A stretch of DNA of 64,000 bases from an uncultured Acidobacteriota bacterium (GTDB lineage Bacteria > Acidobacteriota > Thermoanaerobaculia > Multivoradales > SZUA-115). Position numbers and translations under genes: made by a program. Below the pieces are notes generated by a model. The model made no database searches. It was given only the letters and a program-made list of their open reading frames with translations, and was not told the DNA's origin. Positions 33,976-43,328 of this stretch are shown one piece after another (position 1 is the stretch's first letter; each line of letters starts with the position of its first letter). The stretch is taken from NCBI GenBank assembly GCA_963805975.1, contig CAWDVR010000002.1, positions 1,088,001-1,152,000 of the forward strand, read 5' to 3'.

Positions 33976-34880
33976 GCGACGTTGGCCACGGCCTCCCACA
34001 GCTCCCCCACCGCCTCGTCCACGCTCTTCTCCGCTCGCCATCCCAGCCCTCTCAGCTTCCCCGGGTTGCCTGCAAGAAGCGGCACGTCCACGGGGCGGAA
34101 GCGAGCGGGGTCGGTCTGAATGGAGACCTCGGCGCCGGCTGCCTTCATGAGGAGGCCGAGGGCTTCTTCGATCGAGAGGGCGTGGCCGGAGGCCACGTTG
34201 TAGACCTCGCCGGGCTGGCCGTGGAGGGCCAGGAGACGGTAGGCGCGGGCGCCGTCCGAGACGTGGACGAAGTCGCGCCGGGCGGAGAGGTTGCCGGCCT
34301 CGAGCAGGGGTTCCTGCTCGCCCCGCCGGATGGCCGCGAGCTGGCGGGCGAAGGCGGGCAGGGCGAAGTGCGGCGCCTGGCCGGGACCGATCAGGTTGAA
34401 GGTGCGGGCCACGACGCCGCCCGCCGCCAGCACGAAGCGCTCGGCGCAGGCCTTGGTCATGGCATAGGGCGAGGGCGGTGCCACGGGCCGCTCCTCGCGG
34501 ATCGGCTGCTCCGCCTCGGGCACCACGCCGTAGACCTCGGCGCTCGAGGCGAAGACCACGCGCCGCCCGCGCGCCGCGGCGAGCAGCCGCTCGGTGCCCA
34601 GGACGTTGACCCGGAAGTACTCGCCGAGCCGCTGCCAGGAGGCGCCGACGTGGGCGAGCCCCGCCAGGTGGACCACGACCTCGGGGTCCACGGCCTCGAC
34701 CAGCGCCGCCATGGCCGCGGTGTCGGTGACGTCGGTGGCGTGGAGGTCGATGCCCCGTAGCAGGTCCGATTCCGGCCGCGTGCCGGTATAGGTGCCGGTG
34801 ACCGCGTCGCCGCAAGCGGAGAAATGGGCCGCGAGATGGCAGCCCACGAAACCGCTGGCGCCGGTGACCAGGACGCGCAA
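33972..34880 (-). CDS. NDP-sugar epimerase/reductase (Rmd/GDP-mannose dehydratase-like SDR)
   Basis: VTGASGFVG, SSAEVYG, YAMTK, GNLSARRDF. Confidence 0.85.
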   Translation of the reverse strand: MRVLVTGASGFVGCHLAAHFSACGDAVTGTYTGTRPESDLLRGIDLHATDVTDTAAMAALVEAVDPEVVVHLAGLAHVGASWQRLGEYFRVNVLGTERLLAAARGRRVVFASSAEVYGVVPEAEQPIREERPVAPPSPYAMTKACAERFVLAAGGVVARTFNLIGPGQAPHFALPAFARQLAAIRRGEQEPLLEAGNLSARRDFVHVSDGARAYRLLALHGQPGEVYNVASGHALSIEEALGLLMKAAGAEVSIQTDPARFRPVDVPLLAGNPGKLRGLGWRAEKSVDEAVGELWEAVANVA

Positions 34881-34884
34881 GGCT

Positions 34885-35847
34885 CTACTTCTGGAGCTTC
34901 GCCCGCCAGTAGGCGAGCAGGTCGGCGAGGGTCTGGTCGAAGGGGATCTCGGGCGCCCATCCGGTGTCGGCGCGGAACTTGGAGCTGTCGCCGATCAGGA
35001 TCTCGACATCGGAGGGCCGCAGGCGGTCGGGGTCGGTCACGACCTCGACCTCGACGGTCGAGAGCGCCAGCAGCTTGCCCAGCATGTCGCGAATGGTGAT
35101 GCCCTCGCCGCGGGCGATGTTGTAGACCTCGCCCGGCCGGCCCTTCTCCACCGCCAGCCAGTAGGCGCGCACCATGTCGCGCACATCGGTGAAGTCGCGC
35201 ACCGCGTCGAGGTTGCCGACGCGGAGCACTGGTGCCTGCCGGCCGGCCTCGATCGAGGCAATCTGCTTGGCGAAGTTCGAGGTGACGAAGACCTCGCCGC
35301 GGCGCGGGCCGGTGTGATTGAAGCCGCGGGTGCGCACCACCTTCAGGCCGTAGCTCTGGAAGTACTGATAGCCGAGAAAGTCCTGCCCCACCTTCGAGAC
35401 CGCGTAAGGCGACAGCGGGCGCAACGGGTTGTTCTCGGTGATCGGCACCTCGTCCGGCAGCACCAGGCCGTACTGCTCGCTCGAGCAGGCGATCTGGATC
35501 ACCGGGTCCAGGCCCAGGGTCCGGCAGCCCTCGAAGAGGTGGGCCTGGCCCACGATGTTCGAGGACAAGGTGTCGGCCGGGGCGGACCAGCTCGTGGGCA
35601 CGAAGCTCTGCGCCGCGAGGTGGAAGATGTAGTCCGGCCGCGACCGCTCGAGCGCCGCGGCCACCGACGCGTAGTCGCGCAGCTCGCACTCGACCAGCCG
35701 CACGCGGTCGCCCAGGTGATCGATATTGTCTCGCCGGCTGCGCCAGCGATAGACGCCCCACACCTCGATCTCCGGATGGTGGGCGAGCAGATAGTCGGCG
35801 AGGTGGGAGCCGGCAAAGCCGGTGATCCCGGTGATCAAGGCCTTCAT
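34885..35847 (-). CDS. GDP-mannose 4,6-dehydratase-like SDR
   Basis: MKALITGITGFAGSHL, HLAAQSFV, SPYAVSK, FNHTGPRRG, GNLDAVRDF. Confidence 0.88.
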   Translation of the reverse strand: MKALITGITGFAGSHLADYLLAHHPEIEVWGVYRWRSRRDNIDHLGDRVRLVECELRDYASVAAALERSRPDYIFHLAAQSFVPTSWSAPADTLSSNIVGQAHLFEGCRTLGLDPVIQIACSSEQYGLVLPDEVPITENNPLRPLSPYAVSKVGQDFLGYQYFQSYGLKVVRTRGFNHTGPRRGEVFVTSNFAKQIASIEAGRQAPVLRVGNLDAVRDFTDVRDMVRAYWLAVEKGRPGEVYNIARGEGITIRDMLGKLLALSTVEVEVVTDPDRLRPSDVEILIGDSSKFRADTGWAPEIPFDQTLADLLAYWRAKLQK

Positions 35848-36753
35848 CGATCTCCTCCCGCGCCCGCCGACTCGCGGCGGGCACGATCCCCAAGGCCCGC
35901 CCCCTCGCGGCGGGCACGATCCAAATACTCGGCCAGGCCCCAGAGCCACGGCTCGACGCCACGGCCGGTGGCGGCCTCGAAGCGGGCGACGTCGAGCACG
36001 GAGTAGGCCGGCCGCCGGGCGGGGCGGGGAAACTCGGTCGTCGCCACCGGGGTGACGGTTGCGCCCGGCGCCACCGCCCGGGCGATCTCGGAGGCGAAGC
36101 CGTGCCAGGACACGGCGTCGCGGTTGCGGTAGTGGACGACGCCGGTGAGCCCGCTTCCGGCGAGCTCCCACAAGGCGTTGGCCAGGAACGGCGTGTAGGT
36201 CGGGCAGCCAACCTGGTCATCGACCACGCGGAGCGGCTCGCCCTTCGCCAGCCGGCCGCGGATGGTGGCCACGAAGTTCGGCCCGCCGGGTCCGAAGAGC
36301 CAGCTCGTCCGCACCACCAGCGAACGCTCCCAGGCGAGCACGCGGCGCTCGCCGGCGAGCTTGCTCTCGCCGTAGACCGAGAGCGGGCCGGTCCGCGCCT
36401 CCTCGGCGTAGGGCTGCTCGTGCGTCGCCGGAGAACACGTAGTCCGTCGACACCTGGAGGAGCCGTGCGCCGGCTTTCTCCGCGGCCTCGGCGAGGATCA
36501 TCGGCCCCAGCTCGTTGACGGCAAAGGCGGTGGCCGGGTTGTGCTCGCAGTCGTCCACCCGGGTGAAGGCGGCGCAGTTGAGGATCAGCTCGGGCTGGTA
36601 GGCGCGCATCCAGTAGGCCACGCGCTCGCGGTCGGTCACGTCGCCCGCGAGCCGCGACAGGCCCAGCACCGGCAGGCGCCGCCGCCGCCCCTCGCTCACC
36701 ACGGCGCGGCCCAGCATCCCGGTGCCGCCGAAGACCAGCGTCCGCAAGCTCAT
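35844..36753 (-). pseudogene. rfbD: dTDP-4-dehydrorhamnose reductase with one +1 frameshift near 36421 (probably an artefact)
   Basis: GGTGMLG, NCAAFTRVDDCE and STDYVFSG in one frame; PYAE...YGESKLAGE, RTSWLFG, VVDDQVGCPT and ARRPAYS in the next. Confidence 0.88.
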
Positions 36754-36763
36754 GGCGTCGGTC

Positions 36764-37834
36764 TCATGGGATGCCCACCTCGGAGTTGTCGCCGAGCATG
36801 AAACGGAACGCCTTGGGCTTGAGGTCGGTCTTCTTGAGCTTGACGTTCCGGCCGACGAGAGAGCCGTCGATGCGCACCGGGATGTCGCGGATCTCGCTCG
36901 CGGCGAGGACGATCGAGTTCTCGATCTCGCAGCGCGACAGCGCGCAGCCCTCGCCGATCGAGGTGTAGGGGCCGACGAAGGCGTGCTCGATCCGCGCCCC
37001 GTCGCCGATCACCACCGGCCCGCGCACCAGCGAGTCGACGATCGTGACGCCGTCGCCGAGCGACACCCGGCCCTCGATCGCGCTCGTCTCGACGCTCGTC
37101 GCGCCGCCGCGGCGGCTCGCGATCTGGTCGAGCACGATGCGGTTGGCCTCCAGCATGTCCTCGAGCTTGCCGGTGTCCTTCCACCAGCCGGCCACCAGGT
37201 GCGGGTGGACGGCGAGGCCGCGATCGATCAGGTCCTGGATGGCGTCGGTGATCTCGAGCTCGCCGCGCGCCGAGGGCTTGATGCGGCGCACGGAGTCGAA
37301 GATCGTGGCGTCGAACATGTAGACGCCGACCAGCGCGAGGTCGCTCTTGGGCTCGCGGGGCTTCTCGGTCAGCCGCCGCACCCTGCCGGCGTCGTCGAGC
37401 TCGGCGACGCCGAACTGCTGCGGGTTGGGCACCCGGGCGAGGAGGATCTGCGAGTTGCAGGCGCTCGCCTCGAACTCCTCGACCAGGCTGGTGATGCCGC
37501 CGGCGATCAGGTTGTCACCGAGGTACATGACGAAGGAATCGCCGGCGAGAAACGGCTCGGCGACCAGCACCGCGTGCGCGAGGCCCAGCGGCGCCTCCTG
37601 CTCGATGTAGGTCACCCGGGCGCCCCAGCGCGAGCCGTCGCCCACCGCGGCGCGGATCTCGTCGCGGGTGTCGCCGACGATGATGCCGATGTCCTCGATG
37701 CCGGCCGCCACCACCGCCTCGACGGCGTAGAAGAGCACCGGCTTGTTGGCCACCGGCACGAGCTGCTTGGCCGAGGTGTAGGTCAAGGGCCGCAGGCGCG
37801 TGCCCTTGCCGCCGGCCAGGATCAGACCCTTCAA
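36764..37834 (-). CDS. rfbA: Glucose-1-phosphate thymidylyltransferase (long form)
   Basis: GLILAGGKGTRLRPLT..AKQLVPV, PLGLAHAV, SARGELEITDA. Confidence 0.92.
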   Translation of the reverse strand: MKGLILAGGKGTRLRPLTYTSAKQLVPVANKPVLFYAVEAVVAAGIEDIGIIVGDTRDEIRAAVGDGSRWGARVTYIEQEAPLGLAHAVLVAEPFLAGDSFVMYLGDNLIAGGITSLVEEFEASACNSQILLARVPNPQQFGVAELDDAGRVRRLTEKPREPKSDLALVGVYMFDATIFDSVRRIKPSARGELEITDAIQDLIDRGLAVHPHLVAGWWKDTGKLEDMLEANRIVLDQIASRRGGATSVETSAIEGRVSLGDGVTIVDSLVRGPVVIGDGARIEHAFVGPYTSIGEGCALSRCEIENSIVLAASEIRDIPVRIDGSLVGRNVKLKKTDLKPKAFRFMLGDNSEVGIP

Positions 37835-37850
37835 GGTTGGGTCTCCGCGC

Positions 37851-40259
37851 TCAGAACGAGCCCGCCTGCGACTGGCGCCCGTTCAGGTCGAGGAACGTGC
37901 CCACGTTCTTGAGTGTCAGGAGCAGGCGGTAGTCGCGGTCCTGCAACTGGCTGGTCTTGAACTCGCGGCCCTCGATGCGGAAGGCGTAGCACTGCGAGGT
38001 GTAGGAGACGGCGTAGCGTTGCTGCTGGAGCTCCGAGCCGTCGATGTCGTAGGCGAGCTGGGACTCGACGGTCAGCCGCTGGGGCACCAGTTGGAGCGTC
38101 GCCCAGAGCCGCGCCTGGTCGCTTTGCGTCTCGCCGGTTTGCGGCCGGTAGGTGGTGTACCAGGTGAGCCCCACCGTCGAGCCCAGGATGCCGACCGAGC
38201 CCGAGAGCGAGCGCTGGGTGATGCGGCTGGCGAGCGTGTTGTAGGTGACCTGGGCCGAGATGCTGGTCTTCTCGCTGGGGTCGAAGCGCAGCTCGCCGTC
38301 GATCGGCCCGACGCGCGTCGAGTCCTCGCCCAGAACCTGGAGCGGGGTCTCCTCGTCGAAGCTGTAGAAGCGCGACAGCTTGAGCGAGAGGATCTCGCGC
38401 GCGCTGCCTTTCTTCTCGTCGAGCGGCTTGGCCAGGAGGCGGTTGAAGAGCACGACTCGGCCGACGTTGCCGGCGGCGAAGGCGTCGACCTCGTCGAAGA
38501 GCGGCGTGCGCCGCACTTCCTTCTGCTCGATCTCGCCCAGGTAGCTGTAGATGAAGCGCGGCTCGATGACGTGCTTGAACTTGCCGAAGCGGCCGATCTG
38601 GGTGTTGAAGATGCGCGAGAACGAGGGACCCACGATCTGCGCGCCGGCCACCGGCAGGGTACGCGACAGGCTCTCACCCACGAAGGTGGTGCCGGCGAGC
38701 GGATCGCAGGGGTTCTCACCCGCCAGGTCCGAATCGCACAGGCTGTCGCCGTACCAGGTGTAGCGGTAGCCGCCGTTGACCGAGGCCGAGAGCCAGGGGA
38801 GCGACAGCACGTTGGCCTGCAGGTTGGGCTGCACGTCGAAGCGGCCGTAGCCGGCGTCGTAGGTCGCCGAACGCCGGACGTCGAGGAAGGCGAGCGAGCT
38901 GTCGAGGTCGACGTAGAGGGGGAGCTTGCCCAGCCGCGTGGGCCGCAGCTTGTACTCCACCTCCGGCAGGCGGCGCTGGATGACGCTGTTCAGCGGGTTG
39001 ATGAAGGTCTCGCGGTCCTCGACCAGGAGGTTGAGCGACTGCGTGCCCCAGTTGCCGCTGACGAAGCCCCGGGAGAGCACCGAGCGCACGGTGTTGCGGT
39101 CGATCTCGCGCTCGAAGTCCCCGAGGTAGTCGAAGTCCGAGTACTTGCGGTAGGCGAGGGCGCCGCGCATGTTCCACGGCAGGTCGGTGGTGGTGGCGTC
39201 GAGGCGCAGCTTCCAGCGCCATTCGTCGCCCTCGGCCCGCTCGGGGTCGCGGATCGCGTAGCCCTCGAACCAGCCCTCGGTGCCCTCGGTGGGCCGCCAG
39301 CGCAGCTCGTTGCCCAGGCCCAGGAAGTCCTTGCTGTAGAGGTCGGCGAAGATCGTGGTGTCGTAGCTCCGGCCCAGGGTCTGAAAGTAGGCCAGGGAGA
39401 CGGAGGCGCCGCGGCGGTTCGAGTAGCCGGGCTGCGGGATCAGAAAGCCGGAAGCGCGCTCCCGCTTCGCCGGCCACACGATGTAGGGGATGTAGAGCAC
39501 GGGGACGTTCTTGACCCGCATCGAGGCGCCGCGGATGTGAGCGTAGCCCTCCACCTCGACCCGCGCCTGCTTCATGCGGAAGCTCCAGTCCGGCACCTCG
39601 TCCTTGCAGGCGGTGAGGGTGCCGTTCTTGATCTCGTAGGTGAGGTCGCCGGTCTTCTGGAGCTCTTCGCCGCTGAAGTAGAAGTCGGGGTCGACGTAGG
39701 CCGTGGCCCGGGTCAGGGTACCGGTCTTGTTCTCGAGGTCGTAGACCGCGGACTCGCCGGCCAGGCGCTGCGGCCCCTGGTCGATGGTGACGCCGCCCAG
39801 TGCCGTCAGCACCCGGGTCTGGAGGTCCACCGCCACCTCCGCCGCCCGGAGAGTGATCTCCTTGTAGCGGATCTCGACGTCGCCCGAGAGCACCGCGGTG
39901 CTCTCGCGCTCGAAGCTCAGCGTCTCGGCGCTGCCGACGGCCACCCCGCCGCCCGACTCCTCCGGGAACGGCAGCTTGAACTCGGTCCGCTGCCTCGCCG
40001 TGGGCGCGGGCGGCGCCGGCGGCGGCTCGCTCACCGGCGGCAGGGTGGTGATGGGCTCGCTCGGCGGGAGCTGCGAGGCGGGCGCCGGCTCGGCACCCGG
40101 CGGCAGCATCTGCGGCGCCACCGGCGCCGGCGGCACGACCTCCGGTACGGGAGCCGCCGGCTCCTGGGCGCGCACGGCGCCCGCCGGCACCAGGAGCGCC
40201 GCCAGCACTCCGGCGAGTGCCCAGAAAGTACGTGTGCGTGAGCGGGCTCTAGCCGGCAT
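37851..40259 (-). CDS. lptD: LPS-assembly outer-membrane protein LptD
   Basis: Signal peptide, OstA-like N-domain, TAC...PDWSF, PAKRERASGFLIP, beta-barrel region with QCY near the C-terminus. Confidence 0.85.
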   Translation of the reverse strand: MPARARSRTRTFWALAGVLAALLVPAGAVRAQEPAAPVPEVVPPAPVAPQMLPPGAEPAPASQLPPSEPITTLPPVSEPPPAPPAPTARQRTEFKLPFPEESGGGVAVGSAETLSFERESTAVLSGDVEIRYKEITLRAAEVAVDLQTRVLTALGGVTIDQGPQRLAGESAVYDLENKTGTLTRATAYVDPDFYFSGEELQKTGDLTYEIKNGTLTACKDEVPDWSFRMKQARVEVEGYAHIRGASMRVKNVPVLYIPYIVWPAKRERASGFLIPQPGYSNRRGASVSLAYFQTLGRSYDTTIFADLYSKDFLGLGNELRWRPTEGTEGWFEGYAIRDPERAEGDEWRWKLRLDATTTDLPWNMRGALAYRKYSDFDYLGDFEREIDRNTVRSVLSRGFVSGNWGTQSLNLLVEDRETFINPLNSVIQRRLPEVEYKLRPTRLGKLPLYVDLDSSLAFLDVRRSATYDAGYGRFDVQPNLQANVLSLPWLSASVNGGYRYTWYGDSLCDSDLAGENPCDPLAGTTFVGESLSRTLPVAGAQIVGPSFSRIFNTQIGRFGKFKHVIEPRFIYSYLGEIEQKEVRRTPLFDEVDAFAAGNVGRVVLFNRLLAKPLDEKKGSAREILSLKLSRFYSFDEETPLQVLGEDSTRVGPIDGELRFDPSEKTSISAQVTYNTLASRITQRSLSGSVGILGSTVGLTWYTTYRPQTGETQSDQARLWATLQLVPQRLTVESQLAYDIDGSELQQQRYAVSYTSQCYAFRIEGREFKTSQLQDRDYRLLLTLKNVGTFLDLNGRQSQAGSF

Positions 40260-41433
40260 CGCGCTCGACGATCATGGCCGTGGCCTCGCCACCGCCCAGG
40301 CAGATGGCGGCACAGCCGCGGGAGAGGCCGCGCTCCGCCAGGCTCGAGAGCAGGGTGACGAGGATGCGGGCGCCCGAGGAGCCGATGGGATGGCCCAGCG
40401 CCACCGCGCCACCGCGCACGTTGACCGCCTCGGGCGAGAGCCCCAGCTCGCGGATGAAGGCCAGGGCGACCACGGCGAAGGCCTCGTTGACCTCCCAGAG
40501 GTCGATGTCGGAGAGCCCGAGGCCGGCGCGCTCCACCACGTTCTTCACCGCCTGGATGGGCGCGGTGGTGAACCACTCCGGCGCCTGCGCCGCGGTGGCG
40601 TGGGCCACGATGCGGGCGAGCGGCTTGACGCCCAGCGCGCGGGCGCGGGAGGCGGTGGTGAGCACCAGCGCCGCGGCGCCGTCGTTGAGCTTGCTGGCGT
40701 TGGCGGCGGTGATGGTGCCGCCCTCCTCGAAGGCCGGCTTGAGGGTCGCCATGCGCTCGAGGTCGGCCCGGAAAGGCTCCTCGTCGCGGTCGACCACCGC
40801 CGGATCGCCCTTGCGCCTGGGGATCGTCACGGGAACGATCTCCTGCGTGAAGAGCCCCGCCTCGGTGGCCTCGCGGGCCCGGCGGTAGCTCTCGCGCGAG
40901 TAGGCGTCCTGCTCCTCGCGGCTGATCCCCAGCTCGCGCGCACAGAGCTCGCCGCAGACCCCCATGTGGACGTCGCCGTACGGGTCCCACAGGCCGTCGT
41001 GGATCATCGAGTCGATGAGCTTGCCGTGCCCCAGCCGGTAGCCGTCGCGCAGGCTGGGAGCGAGGTACGGGGCATTGCTCATGCTCTCCATGCCACCGGC
41101 GGCCACGATGCCGTAGTCGCCGCAGCGCAGCTCGTTGGCGGCGGTCATCACCGCCTTCATGCCCGAGCCGCAGACCTTGTTGATGGTGACGGCGCCGGTC
41201 GAGGGTGGGCAGCCGGCGGCGAGCGCCGCCTGCCGGGCCGGCGCCTGGCCCTGGCCGGCCGGCAGCACGCAACCCATGTAGACCTGATCGATGTCGCCCG
41301 GCGCGAGGCCGGCGCGGGAAATGGCACCGGCCAACGCCTGCGCCCCGAGCTTGGGCGCCGGCAGGCTCGCCAGGGCTCCCTGAAAGGAGCCGATGGGCGT
41401 GCGGGCAGCGCTCAGGATGACGATCTCTTCCAT
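40249..41433 (-). CDS. Acetyl-CoA C-acyltransferase (thiolase)
   Basis: RTPIG, NKVCGSG, NEAF, GHPIG and CLGGG motifs. Confidence 0.95.
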   Translation of the reverse strand: MEEIVILSAARTPIGSFQGALASLPAPKLGAQALAGAISRAGLAPGDIDQVYMGCVLPAGQGQAPARQAALAAGCPPSTGAVTINKVCGSGMKAVMTAANELRCGDYGIVAAGGMESMSNAPYLAPSLRDGYRLGHGKLIDSMIHDGLWDPYGDVHMGVCGELCARELGISREEQDAYSRESYRRAREATEAGLFTQEIVPVTIPRRKGDPAVVDRDEEPFRADLERMATLKPAFEEGGTITAANASKLNDGAAALVLTTASRARALGVKPLARIVAHATAAQAPEWFTTAPIQAVKNVVERAGLGLSDIDLWEVNEAFAVVALAFIRELGLSPEAVNVRGGAVALGHPIGSSGARILVTLLSSLAERGLSRGCAAICLGGGEATAMIVERDAG

Positions 41434-41541
41434 GGTGGATTTGCTTTCCGGAACGACGAAAAAGAACGACCGATGCTAGCACAGGGCCACCGGCCGGCCG
41501 GCCGGCTCCGGGGACCTGCGGGCGGCGGTTAGAATCCCCTC

Positions 41542-41958
41542 GTGCGAGCTTTGGGCATCGACTTCGGTGAGCGGCGGATCGGTCTCGCGATCTCGGACCC
41601 GCGAGGTTCCATGGCGCTGCCGCTCGTCACTTTCGAGCGCCGCGACGACCGCCGCGCGGCGCGCCGCATCGCCGCCATCGCGCGCCAGGAGGAAGTCGAG
41701 TGCCTGGTGCTCGGCGAGCCGCGCAACCTCGATGGCTCGCGCGGCGAGGCGGCGGAGCGCGTGGCCCGTTTCGGCCAGCGCCTGCGGGAGGCCACGGGCC
41801 TGCCCCTCGAGTGGGTGGACGAGGCGCTGACCTCGGTCGAGGCCCGCGCGCGGCTGCGCGAGGCGGGTGCGCGGCCGGCCGAGATCGCCGAGCACATCGA
41901 CGCCGTGGCCGCGCAGATCCTCCTCCAACAGGCCCTGGACCGCAGGTCTCCCTCATGA
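41542..41958 (+). CDS. ruvX: RuvX/YqgF putative pre-16S rRNA nuclease
   Basis: LGIDFGERRIGLAISD, DEALTS, DAVAAQILLQ. Confidence 0.92.
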   Translation: MRALGIDFGERRIGLAISDPRGSMALPLVTFERRDDRRAARRIAAIARQEEVECLVLGEPRNLDGSRGEAAERVARFGQRLREATGLPLEWVDEALTSVEARARLREAGARPAEIAEHIDAVAAQILLQQALDRRSPS

Positions 41959-42005
41959 CAGGGCGCAGGTCTCCCTCATGACAGGGCGCAGGTCTCCCGC
42001 ATGAC
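41941..42005 (+). repeat. 23-bp tandem repeat (about 2.8 copies) at the ruvX-mltG junction
   Basis: CGCAGGTCTCCCTCATGACAGGG twice, then CGCAGGTCTCCCGCATGAC. Confidence 0.95.
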
Positions 42006-43089
42006 CGCCAAGAAGACGAAACCGCGCCGGGCCGAGAGGGGCTGCGGCTGCGCCACCGTCAAGCTCGCCCTGCTCTTCCTGCTGGTGGCGGGCGCCGGCG
42101 GCTATTGGGTGTGGCAGTCGCTCGGCCGGCCCTACCAGGGCTTCGCGGGCGAGTCGACCCGACTGACCATCGAGCCGGGCACCCCGGCGGTCGCCATCCT
42201 CGAGCAGCTCGAGAGGGGCGGCGTGCTTCCCAACGCCTTCCTCGCCCGCGGCTATCTCGTCTACTGGCTGGGCGATCCGCCCCTCCAGGCCGGCCAGTAC
42301 GAGTTCGTGGCGCCCTCGAGCCCGCGGCAGGTGCTCGCCAAGCTGGTCGCGGGCGACGTGGTGCGGGCGAGCGTGACCGTGGTCGAGGGGCTGACCCTGG
42401 TCGAGACCGCCGAGCACCTGGCGCGCGAGGGCTTCGGCAGCCGCGAGGCCCTGCTCGCCGCCATGCGCTCGCCGCAGCCGATCTCCGATCTCGACCCGGA
42501 GGCCCTGGACCTCGAGGGCTATCTCTTCCCGGACACCTACAGCCTGGCGGAGGGCATGCCGCCGCGCGCGGTGGTCGCCGCCATGGTGGCGAACTTCCGC
42601 ACCCGGTACCGGGAGGAGATCGCGCCTGGGCTGCCGGCCCAGGGGGGCCTGACGCTCCGCCGGCTGGTGACGCTCGCCTCGATCGTCGAAAAGGAGGCGC
42701 AGCGGCCGGAGGAACGGCCGCTGATCGCCGCCGTCTACCGCAACCGGCTGCGCGATGGGATCGGTCTCTACGCCGACCCGACGGTGATCTACGCGCTGAA
42801 GCGCCTCGAGCGCTGGAACGGCAACCTGACGCGGGCCGACCTGGCGCTCGACTCGCCCTACAACACCTACCGCTACGGCGGCCTGCCGCCCGGACCGATC
42901 GCCTCGCCCGGCCTCGCGAGCCTCGCCGCGGCGGCCAACCCGGCCCCCGCCACCTACCTCTACTTCGTCAGCCGGAACGACGGCTCCCACGTCTTCGCGG
43001 ACACGCTCGCCGAGCACAACCGCAACGTCGACCGCTGGCAGCGGCAGTACTGGCGCGAGCGCTGGGCGGCCGAGGGCCGAGGGCGGTAG
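42001..43089 (+). CDS. mltG: Endolytic transglycosylase MltG
   Basis: LEGYLFPDTY, LASIVEKE, DPTVIY, SPYNTY..GLPPGPIASPG, YLYFV. Confidence 0.95.
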   Translation: MTAKKTKPRRAERGCGCATVKLALLFLLVAGAGGYWVWQSLGRPYQGFAGESTRLTIEPGTPAVAILEQLERGGVLPNAFLARGYLVYWLGDPPLQAGQYEFVAPSSPRQVLAKLVAGDVVRASVTVVEGLTLVETAEHLAREGFGSREALLAAMRSPQPISDLDPEALDLEGYLFPDTYSLAEGMPPRAVVAAMVANFRTRYREEIAPGLPAQGGLTLRRLVTLASIVEKEAQRPEERPLIAAVYRNRLRDGIGLYADPTVIYALKRLERWNGNLTRADLALDSPYNTYRYGGLPPGPIASPGLASLAAAANPAPATYLYFVSRNDGSHVFADTLAEHNRNVDRWQRQYWRERWAAEGRGR

Positions 43090-43209
43090 CCCCTCACCCC
43101 GACCCTCTCCCCGCTCACGCGGGGCGAGGGCGCCACCACCCGCCGGAGCGAAAGCCTTTCCTCTCCGGTTCCCTCGCCCCGCTTGCGGGGAGAGGGCCAG
43201 GGTGAGGGG
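43090..43209. repeat. Inverted pair of REP-like palindromic units
   Basis: CCCCTCACCCCGACCCTCTCCCCGCTCACGCGGGGCGAGGG (43090-43130) and its near reverse complement (43171-43209). Confidence 0.85.
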
Positions 43210-43328
43210 TGCTGCTGACAGGGCACTCCTGCTGATATAACAAGGCGACATTCGAGACGACGACGGCACGAGCCGCGTTCCTCCGGGCGAGGAACGCCGG
43301 CCGCGCCGCCGTCTCCGAGGGAGGCCCA

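Noticed and set aside
30337-34815. 1492-aa minus-strand ORF and similar long antisense ORFs (16589-19705, 11397-13919, 37800-40241, 42960-45464)
   Set aside because: Shadow frames of well-supported genes in high-GC DNA; Arg/Gly/Ala-rich with no motifs
35871-35922. 19-bp direct repeat CTCGCGGCGGGCACGATCC at the rfbD 3' end
   Set aside because: In-frame (33-bp period) local duplication that only extends the C-terminal tail; no sign of function
41941-42005. Possible CRISPR mini-array
   Set aside because: The repeats are directly adjacent with no spacers, and there are no cas genes in the window
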